Source of the DNA: an uncultured delta proteobacterium
GTDB lineage: Bacteria; Desulfobacterota; BSN033; UBA1163
Assembly: GCA_963827685.1 (NCBI GenBank)
Contig: CAWHBU010000004.1
Span: forward strand, 32,001-96,000
Direction of reading: 5' to 3'
DNA length: 64,000 nucleotides
A program made the translations under genes and the position numbers. Positions 51,449 through 62,050 of this stretch are shown here, piece after piece (position 1 is the first letter of the stretch; every line of letters starts with the position of its first letter). The notes beneath the pieces were generated by a model. That model saw only the letters and a list, made by a program, of their open reading frames with translations. It made no database searches and had not been told where the DNA came from.

Positions 51449-52426
51449 ATGACAAACTTTTTTGCTGATAATTCCCTATCCATCGGCAATACACCGATGG
51501 TTCGAATCAATAGGATGGCTCAAGGACTCAAAGCCACAATTCTTGCCAAGATCGAAGGTCGAAATCCTGCCTATTCGGTCAAGTGCCGGATAGGAGCGAA
51601 TATGATCTGGACAGCAGAAAAGCAGGGACTGCTCAAACCCGGGATGGAGATCATTGAACCGACAAGCGGCAATACAGGCATCGCATTAGCGTATGTGGCA
51701 GCTGCAAGAGGGTACAAACTGAATGTCACCATGCCTGAGACCATGTCGATGGAAAGACGGAAGGTGCTTGCCATTCTCGGTGCAAACATCATCCTGACTC
51801 CAGGAACCAAAGGGATGAAAGGGGCAATCGAAGAGGCCGAGCGAATTTTGGCTTCGAGTCCCAATTACTATATGCCCCAGCAGTTTAAGAATCCTGCCAA
51901 TCCGGAAATTCACTTCAAGACCACGGGTCCGGAGATCTGGGAGCAGACGAATGGTGGGATAGATGTGCTTGTTTCGGGAGTGGGCACAGGGGGAACCATC
52001 ACAGGGGTGTCACGATACATTAAGAGAGAAAAGAAGAAGAAAATGATTAGCGTTGCGGTTGAACCGGTGGAGAGCCCTGTGATTACGCAACGCCTTGCCG
52101 GGGAAGAGCTCAAGCCTGGACCTCACAAGATTCAGGGAATTGGTGCCGGATTCATTCCAGACACTCTGGATTTGACTATGGTGGATCGCGTGGAGCAGGT
52201 TACAAGCGAAGAGGCGATCGAGTATGCAAGGCGGCTTTCCCGTGAGGAAGGCATCCTTTCGGGTGTCAGTTGTGGTGCAGCGATTGCCGTTGCTCTGAGG
52301 CTTGCCAGGATGGAGGAATTCAAAGGGAAAACTATCGTGACGATTCTTCCTGATTCGGGCGAACGTTATCTCAGCGGGCCGCTCTTCGAAGGAGTTTTCG
52401 ACGAGGCCGGTCTTCCAAGGATATAA
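51449..52426 (+). CDS. cysK: Cysteine synthase A
   Basis: [11 protein letters not shown] (PLP Lys), [30 protein letters not shown]. Confidence 0.96.
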   Translation: MTNFFADNSLSIGNTPMVRINRMAQGLKATILAKIEGRNPAYSVKCRIGANMIWTAEKQGLLKPGMEIIEPTSGNTGIALAYVAAARGYKLNVTMPETMSMERRKVLAILGANIILTPGTKGMKGAIEEAERILASSPNYYMPQQFKNPANPEIHFKTTGPEIWEQTNGGIDVLVSGVGTGGTITGVSRYIKREKKKKMISVAVEPVESPVITQRLAGEELKPGPHKIQGIGAGFIPDTLDLTMVDRVEQVTSEEAIEYARRLSREEGILSGVSCGAAIAVALRLARMEEFKGKTIVTILPDSGERYLSGPLFEGVFDEAGLPRI

Positions 52427-52490
52427 TGCAAAAATTCGGCATGCCTTGATCTTAGGGACTGCAAATTTGATTTAAAAAGGAGAGCCTGCC

Positions 52491-52891
52491 ATGAAAAAGG
52501 TTAAGAAATATGCTTTCACTGCGGTCTTAAACATATCTTATGAAGAGGCAGTCTCCAAGATCACGGACGCCTTAAAGGAAGAGGGCTTCGGGGTTCTCAC
52601 GGAGATCGATGTGAAGGCGACCTTAAAAAAGAAATTGGGCCTGGATTTCAGGAAATATGTGATCCTTGGGGCCTGTAACCCACCCTACGCCCATCGAACC
52701 CTACAGGTCGATCTTGACGTGGGGCTCTTCTTCCGTGCAATGTGATTGTCTACGAAACGGATGACAAAAAGGCGTATATTTCGGCTATCAATCCAGTATC
52801 TGCTTTGGAGGTTATTAAAAACGAAGAACTGAGAAAGATTGCCGAGGAAGTTTCTGAAAAGTTGAAAAGAGTTGTCGAAAAAGTCTCTTAA
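52491..52891 (+). pseudogene. DUF302-domain protein with a 1-bp frameshift
   Basis: EGFGVLTEIDV...ILGACNP. The conserved LLPCNVIVYE...EKLKRVVEKVS* continues in another frame from about 52727. Confidence 0.85.
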
Positions 52892-52984
52892 AGATCGGTA
52901 GATGTAAGACCTCAAAAATATAATAGCGGGGCCTTCAGTTAAAAGTCTAATCATGCTGATCGCAATTTGTGTGGAGGGTCTACA

Positions 52985-53407
52985 ATGTTGAAAATGCTCA
53001 CAATCGCTCTGATGCTACTTTATTTCTCTTCAAATCTGGCAATGGCCAATGAAGGGCATCCAAAAACCTTGGCACAGGTGACGGATCCGAAAGCATTCAA
53101 ACTTCTAAAGGAAAAGTCCATTGACCCCAAAACGGGATTACCGAAGACCCTGGATCCAGATCTTTTTAAGGGAAAGGCTAAGAAGGCTTATCAAATTGCA
53201 AAAGAAATACCCGAGATTCTAGCCAAAATGCCATGTTTTTGCGAATGTGAAGTCTACGGTCACGAAAATCTCTTGGATTGTTTCATTGATAATCACGGCG
53301 CAGGATGAATGATCTGCCAGGAGGAGGTCCTCTTGACGAAAAGACTTTTTGATCAAAAGATGCCAATTGAGAAGATCAAGGAAGAAATTATAAAGAAGTT
53401 TAAATAA
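52985..53407 (+). CDS. PCYCGC/CYCXC-family selenoprotein (Sec at the UGA 53306-53308)
   Basis: MPCFCEC...HENLLDCF...HGAG-U-MIC; the frame continues 32 codons past the UGA; a SECIS-like hairpin CAGGAGG-AGGT-CCTCTTG starts 9 nt after the UGA. Confidence 0.82.
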
Positions 53408-53454
53408 CTTTAACTGGAGTGGATGCTTGATTCGGACGAAAGGGGGATATCGTA

Positions 53455-54552
53455 ATGATTTATAGGAAGAGGCTCATTTCAAAAAGATTGTCAATTTTAA
53501 TTCTTTTTTTCGTCGTCAGTATTTTCGGCGCAGAACAAGTTTTCTCTGCTGTATTGACCGAGGAGGAAAGAAATAATATCGCGGTTTATGAGAAGGTGGC
53601 AGACGGGGTCGTTAATGTCACCAGTACAGCCATCCAGATGGATTTTTTCTTCAACGCCTACCCAGCCCAGGGATCCGGGTCGGGCTCTATCATTAATACG
53701 AAAGGCTATATCTTGACCAACCATCACGTTGTGGCCGATGCGCAAAAATTAGAGGTGACGTTAGCGGATGGGTCGAAGTGGCCCGCCAAATTGGTAGGGT
53801 CAGATCCAGATAACGACCTCGCAGTGATTAAGATTGACGCCCCTAAGGAGAAGTTAAAGGTCATTTCCATGGGAGATTCAAAGAATTTAAGGATCGGCCA
53901 GAAAGTCCTGGCTATCGGGAATCCTTTTGGCCTGCAAAGGACGTTGACCACAGGAATTATCAGTTCCCTTGGCCGGACCATCCGGTCTGAAGTGGGCACG
54001 TTAATCGAAGACGTGATTCAGACCGATGCCGCCATTAACCCAGGAAACTCCGGAGGTCCCCTCCTCAACTCCGATGGAGAAATCATCGGAATCAATAGTG
54101 CCATTCTCAGCCCATCCGGCGGAAGCGTGGGGATTGGTTTTGCCATTCCCGTTAATACAGCAAAACGAGTGGTTCCAGACCTCCTTTCAAAAGGCTATGT
54201 AACCTATCCCTGGATCGGTGCGAACATTCAATCGCTCATCCCTGAGATGGCGAAATCTCTTAAACTTAGAATACAACGAGGAGCGATGATTACGGAAGTG
54301 GTAAAGGCTGGCCCTGCTGATAAGGCAGGTCTGAAAGGGGGCAATCAGAAGATTCAAGTTGGTAATATGATTGTGTTCGTGGGTGGAGATATCGTGGTGA
54401 AGGCGGACCAACATGATGTGAAAACAAATGATGAGTTGATCCATTATATTCGTGAGAAGAAACCGGGGGATACCATTCTCCTTAAAGTCTATCGAAAAGG
54501 AGATCTTATTGATGTGAGGGTGACTCTCGGCGAAAGACCGAGGAAGAGGTAA
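53455..54552 (+). CDS. HtrA/DegQ-family serine protease with PDZ domain
   Basis: GSGSI, TNHHV, DLAVIK, TDAAINPGNSGGPL. Confidence 0.95.
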   Translation: MIYRKRLISKRLSILILFFVVSIFGAEQVFSAVLTEEERNNIAVYEKVADGVVNVTSTAIQMDFFFNAYPAQGSGSGSIINTKGYILTNHHVVADAQKLEVTLADGSKWPAKLVGSDPDNDLAVIKIDAPKEKLKVISMGDSKNLRIGQKVLAIGNPFGLQRTLTTGIISSLGRTIRSEVGTLIEDVIQTDAAINPGNSGGPLLNSDGEIIGINSAILSPSGGSVGIGFAIPVNTAKRVVPDLLSKGYVTYPWIGANIQSLIPEMAKSLKLRIQRGAMITEVVKAGPADKAGLKGGNQKIQVGNMIVFVGGDIVVKADQHDVKTNDELIHYIREKKPGDTILLKVYRKGDLIDVRVTLGERPRKR

Positions 54553-54556
54553 TCAA

Positions 54557-54826
54557 ATGGGAATATTATGGGCTCAGTGGGGTTGGCGTGATTATGGCAT
54601 GGGGCCAGGCATGATGTGGGGATGGTGGGGAATGGGATGGATCTTTATGATCATTTTCTGGGGACTTATCGCCCTGGGTTTGGTCTTTCTCATTCGATGG
54701 CTCGTTGGGATGACGAAAGCCAACAAATCGGAGGAATCTGCTCTCGATATCCTGAAGAAACGCTACGCCCTTGGAGAGATCAATAAAGAAGAATTTGAAC
54801 AGAAGAAAAAAGATCTCCTGCAGTAA
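54557..54826 (+). CDS. SHOCT-domain membrane protein with Gly/Met/Trp-rich N-terminus
   Basis: GMGPGMMWGWWGMGW, one TM segment, ALDILKKRYALGEINKEEFE. Confidence 0.88.
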   Translation: MGILWAQWGWRDYGMGPGMMWGWWGMGWIFMIIFWGLIALGLVFLIRWLVGMTKANKSEESALDILKKRYALGEINKEEFEQKKKDLLQ

Positions 54827-54859
54827 TCTTTATGAAGTGACTCATTGAATTTTATAAAA

Positions 54860-55394
54860 AATACCTGTTGAATACCGCCCAGCTCTGCTGGGCGGATGAA
54901 AACAGGTTCGCGAAGCGATAAGACATGGTATAAGTACTGCATGAGCTCGATAAAAAGAACAAGCCATGCGGTCTACGATTTGAAATATCATATGGTATGG
55001 GTTCCCAAATATCGGAAGATGATATTGGGAGGTGAGTTGGCAAAAAGGCTTAAGATGAGTTTTGAGCAAATATCGGAGAGGTACGAGTTTGAGATAGATA
55101 CGATGGAGGTAAAGGATGATCATGTTCATTTATTTTTGTCTGCCCCTCCTCGGTATTGTCCGGCAGAGATTGTGCAGATCATAAAGAGTATCTCGGCGAA
55201 AATGGTGTTCAAGCAGTTTCCAGAGGTGAAGAAAGAGCTTTGGGGTGGAGAGTTTTGGAGTGATGGGTATTTTGTTCGGTCTGTTGGAGACAAAGTTACC
55301 TCTGAAGTCATACGTCGCTATATAAAGTATCAGCAACAGGAGCAATTAAGTTTTGAATTTTAATGCCCCGCAGCTCTGCTGCGGGGTTCTTTAC
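54860..55394 (+). mobile_element. IS200-type element (ends approximate)
   Basis: Subterminal hairpins CCGCCCAGC-tct-GCTGGGCGG (54875-54895) and CCCCGCAGC-tct-GCTGCGGGG (55366-55386) flank tnpA. Confidence 0.85.
54941..55363 (+). CDS. tnpA: IS200/IS605 Y1 (HUH) transposase
   Basis: YHMVWVPKYR, DHVH (HUH), FWSDGYF, catalytic YIKYQ. Confidence 0.95.
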   Translation: MSSIKRTSHAVYDLKYHMVWVPKYRKMILGGELAKRLKMSFEQISERYEFEIDTMEVKDDHVHLFLSAPPRYCPAEIVQIIKSISAKMVFKQFPEVKKELWGGEFWSDGYFVRSVGDKVTSEVIRRYIKYQQQEQLSFEF

Positions 55395-55419
55395 TGAATG
55401 GTGCTTGACTCTTTAATGA

Positions 55420-55560
55420 TCATTCAACAATTCTAACGCAGTTCTGGCTTCCAAATTCATTCGGGACACAGCCGGCGCAGGAAGGATCATTTTCCCAGTC
55501 GCCATCTTTGAGAAACCGATATTCATATCTTCCTGGCTTCAAAGGGAGAGTTGTTCTCCA
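55420..55560 (-). pseudogene. 3' fragment of a CBM48/AMPK-type glycogen-binding domain gene
   Basis: Startless frame WRTTLPLKPGRYEYRFLKDGDWENDP...VPNEFGSQNCVRIVE*. Confidence 0.75.
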
Positions 55561-55561
55561 T

Positions 55562-55714
55562 CTACTTTCCCTTCACATGGCACTGGGTGCACATCGTCGG
55601 GCCGGCAGGTTTGTTGGCTTTCTTTAGCTCATCATGGCAACCCTTGCAGGTAATATGAAAAGCATCGTTGACTGAGGGCGTATTCCCCTCCGCACCGGCC
55701 TTGTGACACTGTGA
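55562..55714 (-). pseudogene. 3' fragment of a class III (c3-type) multiheme cytochrome gene
   Basis: SQCHK...[34 protein letters not shown]: two intact CxxCH plus a partial one, with no start or signal peptide. Confidence 0.8.
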
Positions 55715-55764
55715 ATTTTTGAATTAAGAGAAATAGTCTTCTTAAAAATATTTTGAAAAAACAC

Positions 55765-55793
55765 TTGATATTTTTTGAAGATTATATTAAATT
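55765..55793 (+). promoter_or_regulatory. Putative sigma70 promoter of the met leader
   Basis: TTGATA-N17-TAAATT upstream of leader 1. Confidence 0.4.
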
Positions 55794-55841
55794 TGGTTTA
55801 AGTCAATTTTTGTAACAGTATGAGGAGCACTTTTGAGCCAT

Positions 55842-55943
55842 ATGGAAACGAGAGGGATTCCAGAAGTTTTTCCAAAAGAATCTATGATGATGTGCATGAT
55901 GGCCATGTGTTATCATAATGGTAGGGGAGGCCCGTCCATGTAA
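55842..55943 (+). CDS. Met/Cys-rich leader peptide 1 (33 aa)
   Basis: METRGIPEVFPKESMMMCMMAMCYHNGRGGPSM*; GAGGAG upstream. Confidence 0.8.
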   Translation: METRGIPEVFPKESMMMCMMAMCYHNGRGGPSM

Positions 55944-55973
55944 CGTCATCGGGATATTTTTCTAACGCCAGGC

Positions 55974-56015
55974 AACCCACTACCCAAAGAAATGGTCAGT
56001 GGGTTTTTTATTTTT
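55974..56015 (+). terminator. Attenuator terminator 1
   Basis: AACCCACTACC...GGTCAGTGGGTT followed by TTTTATTTTT. Confidence 0.85.
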
Positions 56016-56064
56016 GTAATCATTTAACCAAGTAACTAAAAACTAAAGAGCGTAATTAAGCCAT

Positions 56065-56175
56065 ATGAAAACGATAATAACTCCAGGGAACTTTTTAAAA
56101 AAACTTAACCGATCTATGATAATGTGTTGCATGACCATGTGTTGTCTGCTTGGTATGGGAGGTCCGCCTATGTAA
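56065..56175 (+). CDS. Met/Cys-rich leader peptide 2 (36 aa)
   Basis: MKTIITPGNFLKKLNRSMIMCCMTMCCLLGMGGPPM*; paralogous to leader 1. Confidence 0.8.
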   Translation: MKTIITPGNFLKKLNRSMIMCCMTMCCLLGMGGPPM

Positions 56176-56207
56176 ACATCATTATAGTAGCGTTTGTATT
56201 GTCGGAT

Positions 56208-56249
56208 AACCCACTACCAAGAGAAATGGTTAGTGGGTTTTTTGTTTTT
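56208..56249 (+). terminator. Attenuator terminator 2
   Basis: AACCCACTACCA...TGGTTAGTGGGTT followed by TTTTGTTTTT. Confidence 0.85.
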
Positions 56250-56251
56250 AA

Positions 56252-57652
<1,401 letters not shown>

Positions 57653-57658
57653 ACAGAG

Positions 57659-58918
57659 ATGTCAGTGTTAAGTTCATTGTCTAATAAAATGGATAGGGTT
57701 ACAGGGGCATCTAATGAGAATGCCGGTGTTCCGGGACAGGATTTGAAGACAAGGGCGAGTAATAGCGTGGGTCTTGTGCAAACAAAGTATTTTCATTTTG
57801 CACTTCCGCCCAATGAACTCATCCTGGAGGGTGGTGAAAAGCTCGGTCCAATTACGGTCGCTTATGAGACCTACGGCAAACTGAATGATCAGCGATCCAA
57901 CGGCGTTCTCATTCTTCATGCCCTCTCAGGCGATGCCCATGCTGCGGGTTTTCATAGAAGAGAAGAAAATCCAGGGTGGTGGGATAATATGATCGGGCCG
58001 GGCCGGGCCTTTGATACGAATAAATATTTCATTATTTGTTCAAACGTTCTCGGAGGTTGCAGGGGAACCACCGGTCCATCTTCCATCAACCCCAAGACAG
58101 GGAAAAAATATGGTCTCGATTTTCCAATCATTAGTATTTCAGACATGGTCAATGTGCAAAAGCACTTGATTGATCATTTGAAGATCGACCGGCTGCTTTC
58201 AGTGGCAGGCGGTTCAATGGGTGGCATGCAAGCCTTAGAGTGGCTGACTGCTCATCCAGAACGGCTGAAGAGTGCGATCGTTATTGCAACGGCGGCAAAG
58301 CATTCACCGCAGCAGATTGCATTTCACGAAGTCGGAAGGCAAGCGATTATGGCTGATCCTCACTGGAAGGAGGGTCATTATTACGGTGGGCTTCCTCCCG
58401 CAAAAGGGCTTTCCGTCGCCCGTATGATCGGTCATATCACCTATATGAGCGAAATCTCAATGGCGGAGAAATTCGGAAGGCGTTTGAGTCACAACGGGAA
58501 ACCCCATAAACTTAGCATCGGTTTTAAAGTAGAGGAATACCTGCACAACCGGGGGGATCATTTTGTGAAAAGGTTTGATGCCAATTCTTATCTCTATATC
58601 ACGAAGGCCATAGACTCTTTCGATGTTTCACGGGGCAAAGAACTCTATGAAGTATTCAAGGGGAATAAAGCTAAAGTCCTTGTTCTGGGATTTAAGTCGG
58701 ATTGGCTCTACCCGGCTTCTCAATCAAAGGAAATTGTAAAGGCTTGCAAGTTGACAGGGGTGGATACGACCTATTGTGAGATCGATTCAACTTATGGACA
58801 CGATGCCTTTCTCCTTGAGGTTGAGGAGGAGACACATCTCATTAAACATTTTCTACACAAGGTATCTTTTGAACAAGGGGTAATAGATGAATATGAGGTA
58901 AGGGAATATGCAATCTGA
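57659..58918 (+). CDS. metX: Homoserine O-acyltransferase
   Basis: [14 protein letters not shown] nucleophile elbow, RFDANSY, SDWLY, GHDAFL. Start uncertain. Confidence 0.95.
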   Translation: MSVLSSLSNKMDRVTGASNENAGVPGQDLKTRASNSVGLVQTKYFHFALPPNELILEGGEKLGPITVAYETYGKLNDQRSNGVLILHALSGDAHAAGFHRREENPGWWDNMIGPGRAFDTNKYFIICSNVLGGCRGTTGPSSINPKTGKKYGLDFPIISISDMVNVQKHLIDHLKIDRLLSVAGGSMGGMQALEWLTAHPERLKSAIVIATAAKHSPQQIAFHEVGRQAIMADPHWKEGHYYGGLPPAKGLSVARMIGHITYMSEISMAEKFGRRLSHNGKPHKLSIGFKVEEYLHNRGDHFVKRFDANSYLYITKAIDSFDVSRGKELYEVFKGNKAKVLVLGFKSDWLYPASQSKEIVKACKLTGVDTTYCEIDSTYGHDAFLLEVEEETHLIKHFLHKVSFEQGVIDEYEVREYAI

Positions 58919-59510
58919 ACCTCCTTCGTTAGAACACAGGGCCATCCTTAATTGGGTCAGGCGAGGCTCTTCCGTGCTCGATCTCGGTTGCGGCGACGGG
59001 GTATTATTGGATCTCCTTGTCCGAGAGAAGAGTGTCAGGGCCCAAGGCATTGAGATTGATGAACAGGCCATCTATCAATGTGTTGCCAAAGGACTAAGCG
59101 TATTCCATGAAGACATCGATCATGGCTTATCCGACTACTCAGATCAGTCTTTTGATTATGTGGTACTCAATCAGAGCTTCCAGCAGGTGAAAAATCCTGA
59201 CATTGTATTGAAGGAAGCCTTAAGAGTAGGCAGAGAAGTCATCGTCGGTTTCCCTAATTTTGCCCATTTCCTGGCTCGTTTGCAGATATTCTTTAAGGGC
59301 AAAACGCCAGTGACACCTTCCCTGCCATACGAATGGCATGATACCCCTAATCTCCATTTTTTAAGTATTTCAGACTTTACCGCGTATTGCCATCGGAGAA
59401 ACATTAAAATAGAGAAGGAGTCTTTTATTGGAAGAAATAGAAGAGTGAGGATATTCCCAAATCTTTTTGCGTTGGCAGGAATCTTTCTCATTTCAAATGG
59501 ATCCACCTAA
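58908..59510 (+). CDS. metW: Methionine biosynthesis protein MetW
   Basis: [28 protein letters not shown]; overlaps the metX stop. Confidence 0.93.
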   Translation: MQSEPPSLEHRAILNWVRRGSSVLDLGCGDGVLLDLLVREKSVRAQGIEIDEQAIYQCVAKGLSVFHEDIDHGLSDYSDQSFDYVVLNQSFQQVKNPDIVLKEALRVGREVIVGFPNFAHFLARLQIFFKGKTPVTPSLPYEWHDTPNLHFLSISDFTAYCHRRNIKIEKESFIGRNRRVRIFPNLFALAGIFLISNGST

Positions 59511-59570
59511 GATTGCAGCCCACGCCCATTTAATCTTAAAATAGAATAACCTTATCATAGTGACAGCCGT

Positions 59571-60587
59571 GTGCCGATGAAAGAACAGTTCTATATCCAA
59601 TGGCATATTACCAACCTTTGCAATCTTCGTTGCCAGCACTGCTATCAAGACGATTTCTCAAAGAGGAACGATCTGGATTGGGCAGGGCTTAAGAAGGTAT
59701 GTGATAACCTCCTCAACACAATGAGGGATTGGGATAAAACAGCCTGTATTCATCTCACGGGCGGCGAGCCTTTATTAAAACCCGAGCTATTTCCCCTCCT
59801 CAATCATTTAGACCAGCATTCAATGGTTGAAGAGTTGGGGATCATCACCAATGGTCTTCCCATTGATCGAGAGACGATGAAGAGGTTATCTGGGTTTTCA
59901 AAATTAAGGAAAATAAAGATTTCTCTGGATGGAGGGAATGCAGAGACGAATGATTCCATTCGTCAAAAGGGAACTTTCGATAAGGTAATGAAAAATATTC
60001 CCTTGATCAAAAGGGAAGAAAGATTTGAGATCATTTTAATGCTCACTGCTATGAAAAGAAATTTTAGGAGCCTTCTATCTCTCTTCAAGCTCTGTCAGGA
60101 TTTAGGCATTGATGGATTGATCATCGAACGGTTCATTCCTTTAAGCAGAGGAAGAGAAAGCTTGGATGAAGTGCTAAGTAAGGAAGAATGGAAAGAAATG
60201 ATAGGAATGCTTTCAGATTTTATCTCAACCCAAGAAGAGGATTCCTTTTTTCCTTACCAAGCCTTTCAGATCGGTTTCAGTGGAGAGGAGGCGGAACTAT
60301 TGGGTGCTCCTTGTGTCATTGGAGTGGATGGTCTTTGCATCATGCCTGAGGGAAGTGTTTTTCCCTGCCGAAGATTTCCCATTTCAATAGGAAACCTTTT
60401 GGAAACCCCCTTAAAACAGATATGGGAAGAATCAGAACTTTTAGAGAAATTGAGAAGGAAAGGGAACCTCAAAGGGAAATGCGGAAGCTGTGAGATAAGA
60501 GACTGCCGAGGTTGCCGAAGCCTGGCACTCGCTTTGACAGGTGACTTTCTGGAAGAAGACCCACACTGTTCGTATCAGGACGTTTAG
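59571..60587 (+). CDS. Radical SAM protein with SPASM domain
   Basis: CNLRCQHC, TGGEP, ISLDG; SPASM C...G...G.VFPC...CGSC...CRGCR...DPHC. Confidence 0.92.
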   Translation: MPMKEQFYIQWHITNLCNLRCQHCYQDDFSKRNDLDWAGLKKVCDNLLNTMRDWDKTACIHLTGGEPLLKPELFPLLNHLDQHSMVEELGIITNGLPIDRETMKRLSGFSKLRKIKISLDGGNAETNDSIRQKGTFDKVMKNIPLIKREERFEIILMLTAMKRNFRSLLSLFKLCQDLGIDGLIIERFIPLSRGRESLDEVLSKEEWKEMIGMLSDFISTQEEDSFFPYQAFQIGFSGEEAELLGAPCVIGVDGLCIMPEGSVFPCRRFPISIGNLLETPLKQIWEESELLEKLRRKGNLKGKCGSCEIRDCRGCRSLALALTGDFLEEDPHCSYQDV

Positions 60588-60624
60588 CATAAGCTGTGGC
60601 AAAAGATTATCGGTTGAGTGGTAC

Positions 60625-60654
60625 AAAAAAGGTAGGGTCGTTTCCGACCCTACC
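60625..60654 (-). terminator. Intrinsic terminator downstream of the delta-60 gene
   Basis: GGTAGGGTCG-tttc-CGACCCTACC with A6 on the + strand. Confidence 0.75.
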
Positions 60655-60730
60655 CCTGGTATCTGATTCTAATTTCGACTTCAGTTAAAACTTAAGAATC
60701 TCCAGGCTGTTATTACTCTCGACACTTAGT

Positions 60731-62050
60731 CTATAGTGCATCCAGTGTTCCGTCGTTTTTGTACCTGGCAACCAATATATCCTTGTTTTTCCCCGATTGG
60801 GCATACCCCACGACTATGATCTTACCGTCTGGTTGGGTGGTGACTGCAAAGCCCCAATTATTGCTATCGGGTGGGCAGTTCGAAAGAACAAGGCCCTCCT
60901 TCCCAAAGCTGCTATCCATCGTTCCATCGCTGTTGCACCTTGCAATATATGCCTCCTTTTTTGGACCGGATAAACTATTACCCACAATCACGATCTTTCC
61001 GTCCGGCAGAAGGGCTACCGCCTGACCCCAGTTGCCCTTTTTGGCCATGCTTTGGTACGAAGCAATGCCACCCATTCCAAAGGTCGTGTCAGGTTTTCCA
61101 TTGGCATTATATCTCAATAGTAAAATGTTCGTGTTTTCTCCAAGGCGGGTATTCCCAGCCACGATGATCTTCCCATCGGGTTGAATCGCTATGGAACGGC
61201 CCCAATCGCGTCCTCCTGGTGGGCAGCTAGAGGGTGCAACGCCCCCTTCACCAAAGCCCTTATCTAGTGATCCATCGGCGTTATATCTCACGGTCAATAC
61301 ATCGCATTTTTTTGTTGTATAACTCACCCCTACCATCACAATTCTACCATCAGGCTGGATGGCGACAGCACGACCCCAGACATTCGCATCGGATAAACCT
61401 TTATAAGTGACAACACCTCCTTTTCCAAAGGAGCTATCCAATGACCCATCACTGTTATACCTCAGAATCATTGGTTCATAGTTTTTGCCATTATGGGTCG
61501 AGCCTACCACTACGATCCTTGCATCGGATTGAAGCATGACTCCGAAACTCAGATCTTTGTTTTCCTTTGTCTGGCTTCTATAAGTGGTGACGCCACCTTT
61601 CCCAAAAGTGCTATCAAGTGATCCATCGCTATTGCATCTCAGAACCAATACTTCCCTGCTTTTGTCATAATAGGAATCACCCACCACAACGATCTTTCCA
61701 TCTGGTTGGAGGGCAACCCCAGAACCGTAATGATTGCCCTTTCTTTTTTCTCCATAAATGAAAACACCGCCCACCCCAAAGGCATTGTCTCTTGTTCCGT
61801 CGCTGTTAAATCTCAATACCAGTGTTCGGTGTTTTTTGCCGTTATAGCTTACACCCATCACCACAATCTTTCCATCTGGCTGGATGGCGACGGCACGACC
61901 CCACTCACTATTCTGGGGTGTAGATTTGTAAAGGATAAAACCCTCCGGTGGATTGAAGCCGGAGCCAGAAGAGTCTCCGGGAGTTGCAAGGCCAATGAGA
62001 AGCAATAAACCAACAAAATATGCGATTGACACAAAAATGGCTTTAAGCAT
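60731..62050 (-). CDS. Delta-60 repeat (DUF5122-type beta-propeller) exported protein
   Basis: Signal peptide and seven repeats of (V/I)A(I/L)QPDGKIVVVG...RYNSDGSLDxxFGxGG. Confidence 0.9.
   Translation of the reverse strand: MLKAIFVSIAYFVGLLLLIGLATPGDSSGSGFNPPEGFILYKSTPQNSEWGRAVAIQPDGKIVVMGVSYNGKKHRTLVLRFNSDGTRDNAFGVGGVFIYGEKRKGNHYGSGVALQPDGKIVVVGDSYYDKSREVLVLRCNSDGSLDSTFGKGGVTTYRSQTKENKDLSFGVMLQSDARIVVVGSTHNGKNYEPMILRYNSDGSLDSSFGKGGVVTYKGLSDANVWGRAVAIQPDGRIVMVGVSYTTKKCDVLTVRYNADGSLDKGFGEGGVAPSSCPPGGRDWGRSIAIQPDGKIIVAGNTRLGENTNILLLRYNANGKPDTTFGMGGIASYQSMAKKGNWGQAVALLPDGKIVIVGNSLSGPKKEAYIARCNSDGTMDSSFGKEGLVLSNCPPDSNNWGFAVTTQPDGKIIVVGYAQSGKNKDILVARYKNDGTLDAL

Noticed and set aside
55842-56175. 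Leader peptides as primary RiPP precursors
   Set aside because: Each is coupled to a terminator with a matching antiterminator upstream of Met biosynthesis genes, and no RRE, dedicated peptidase or exporter is adjacent. Kept only as a minor alternative.
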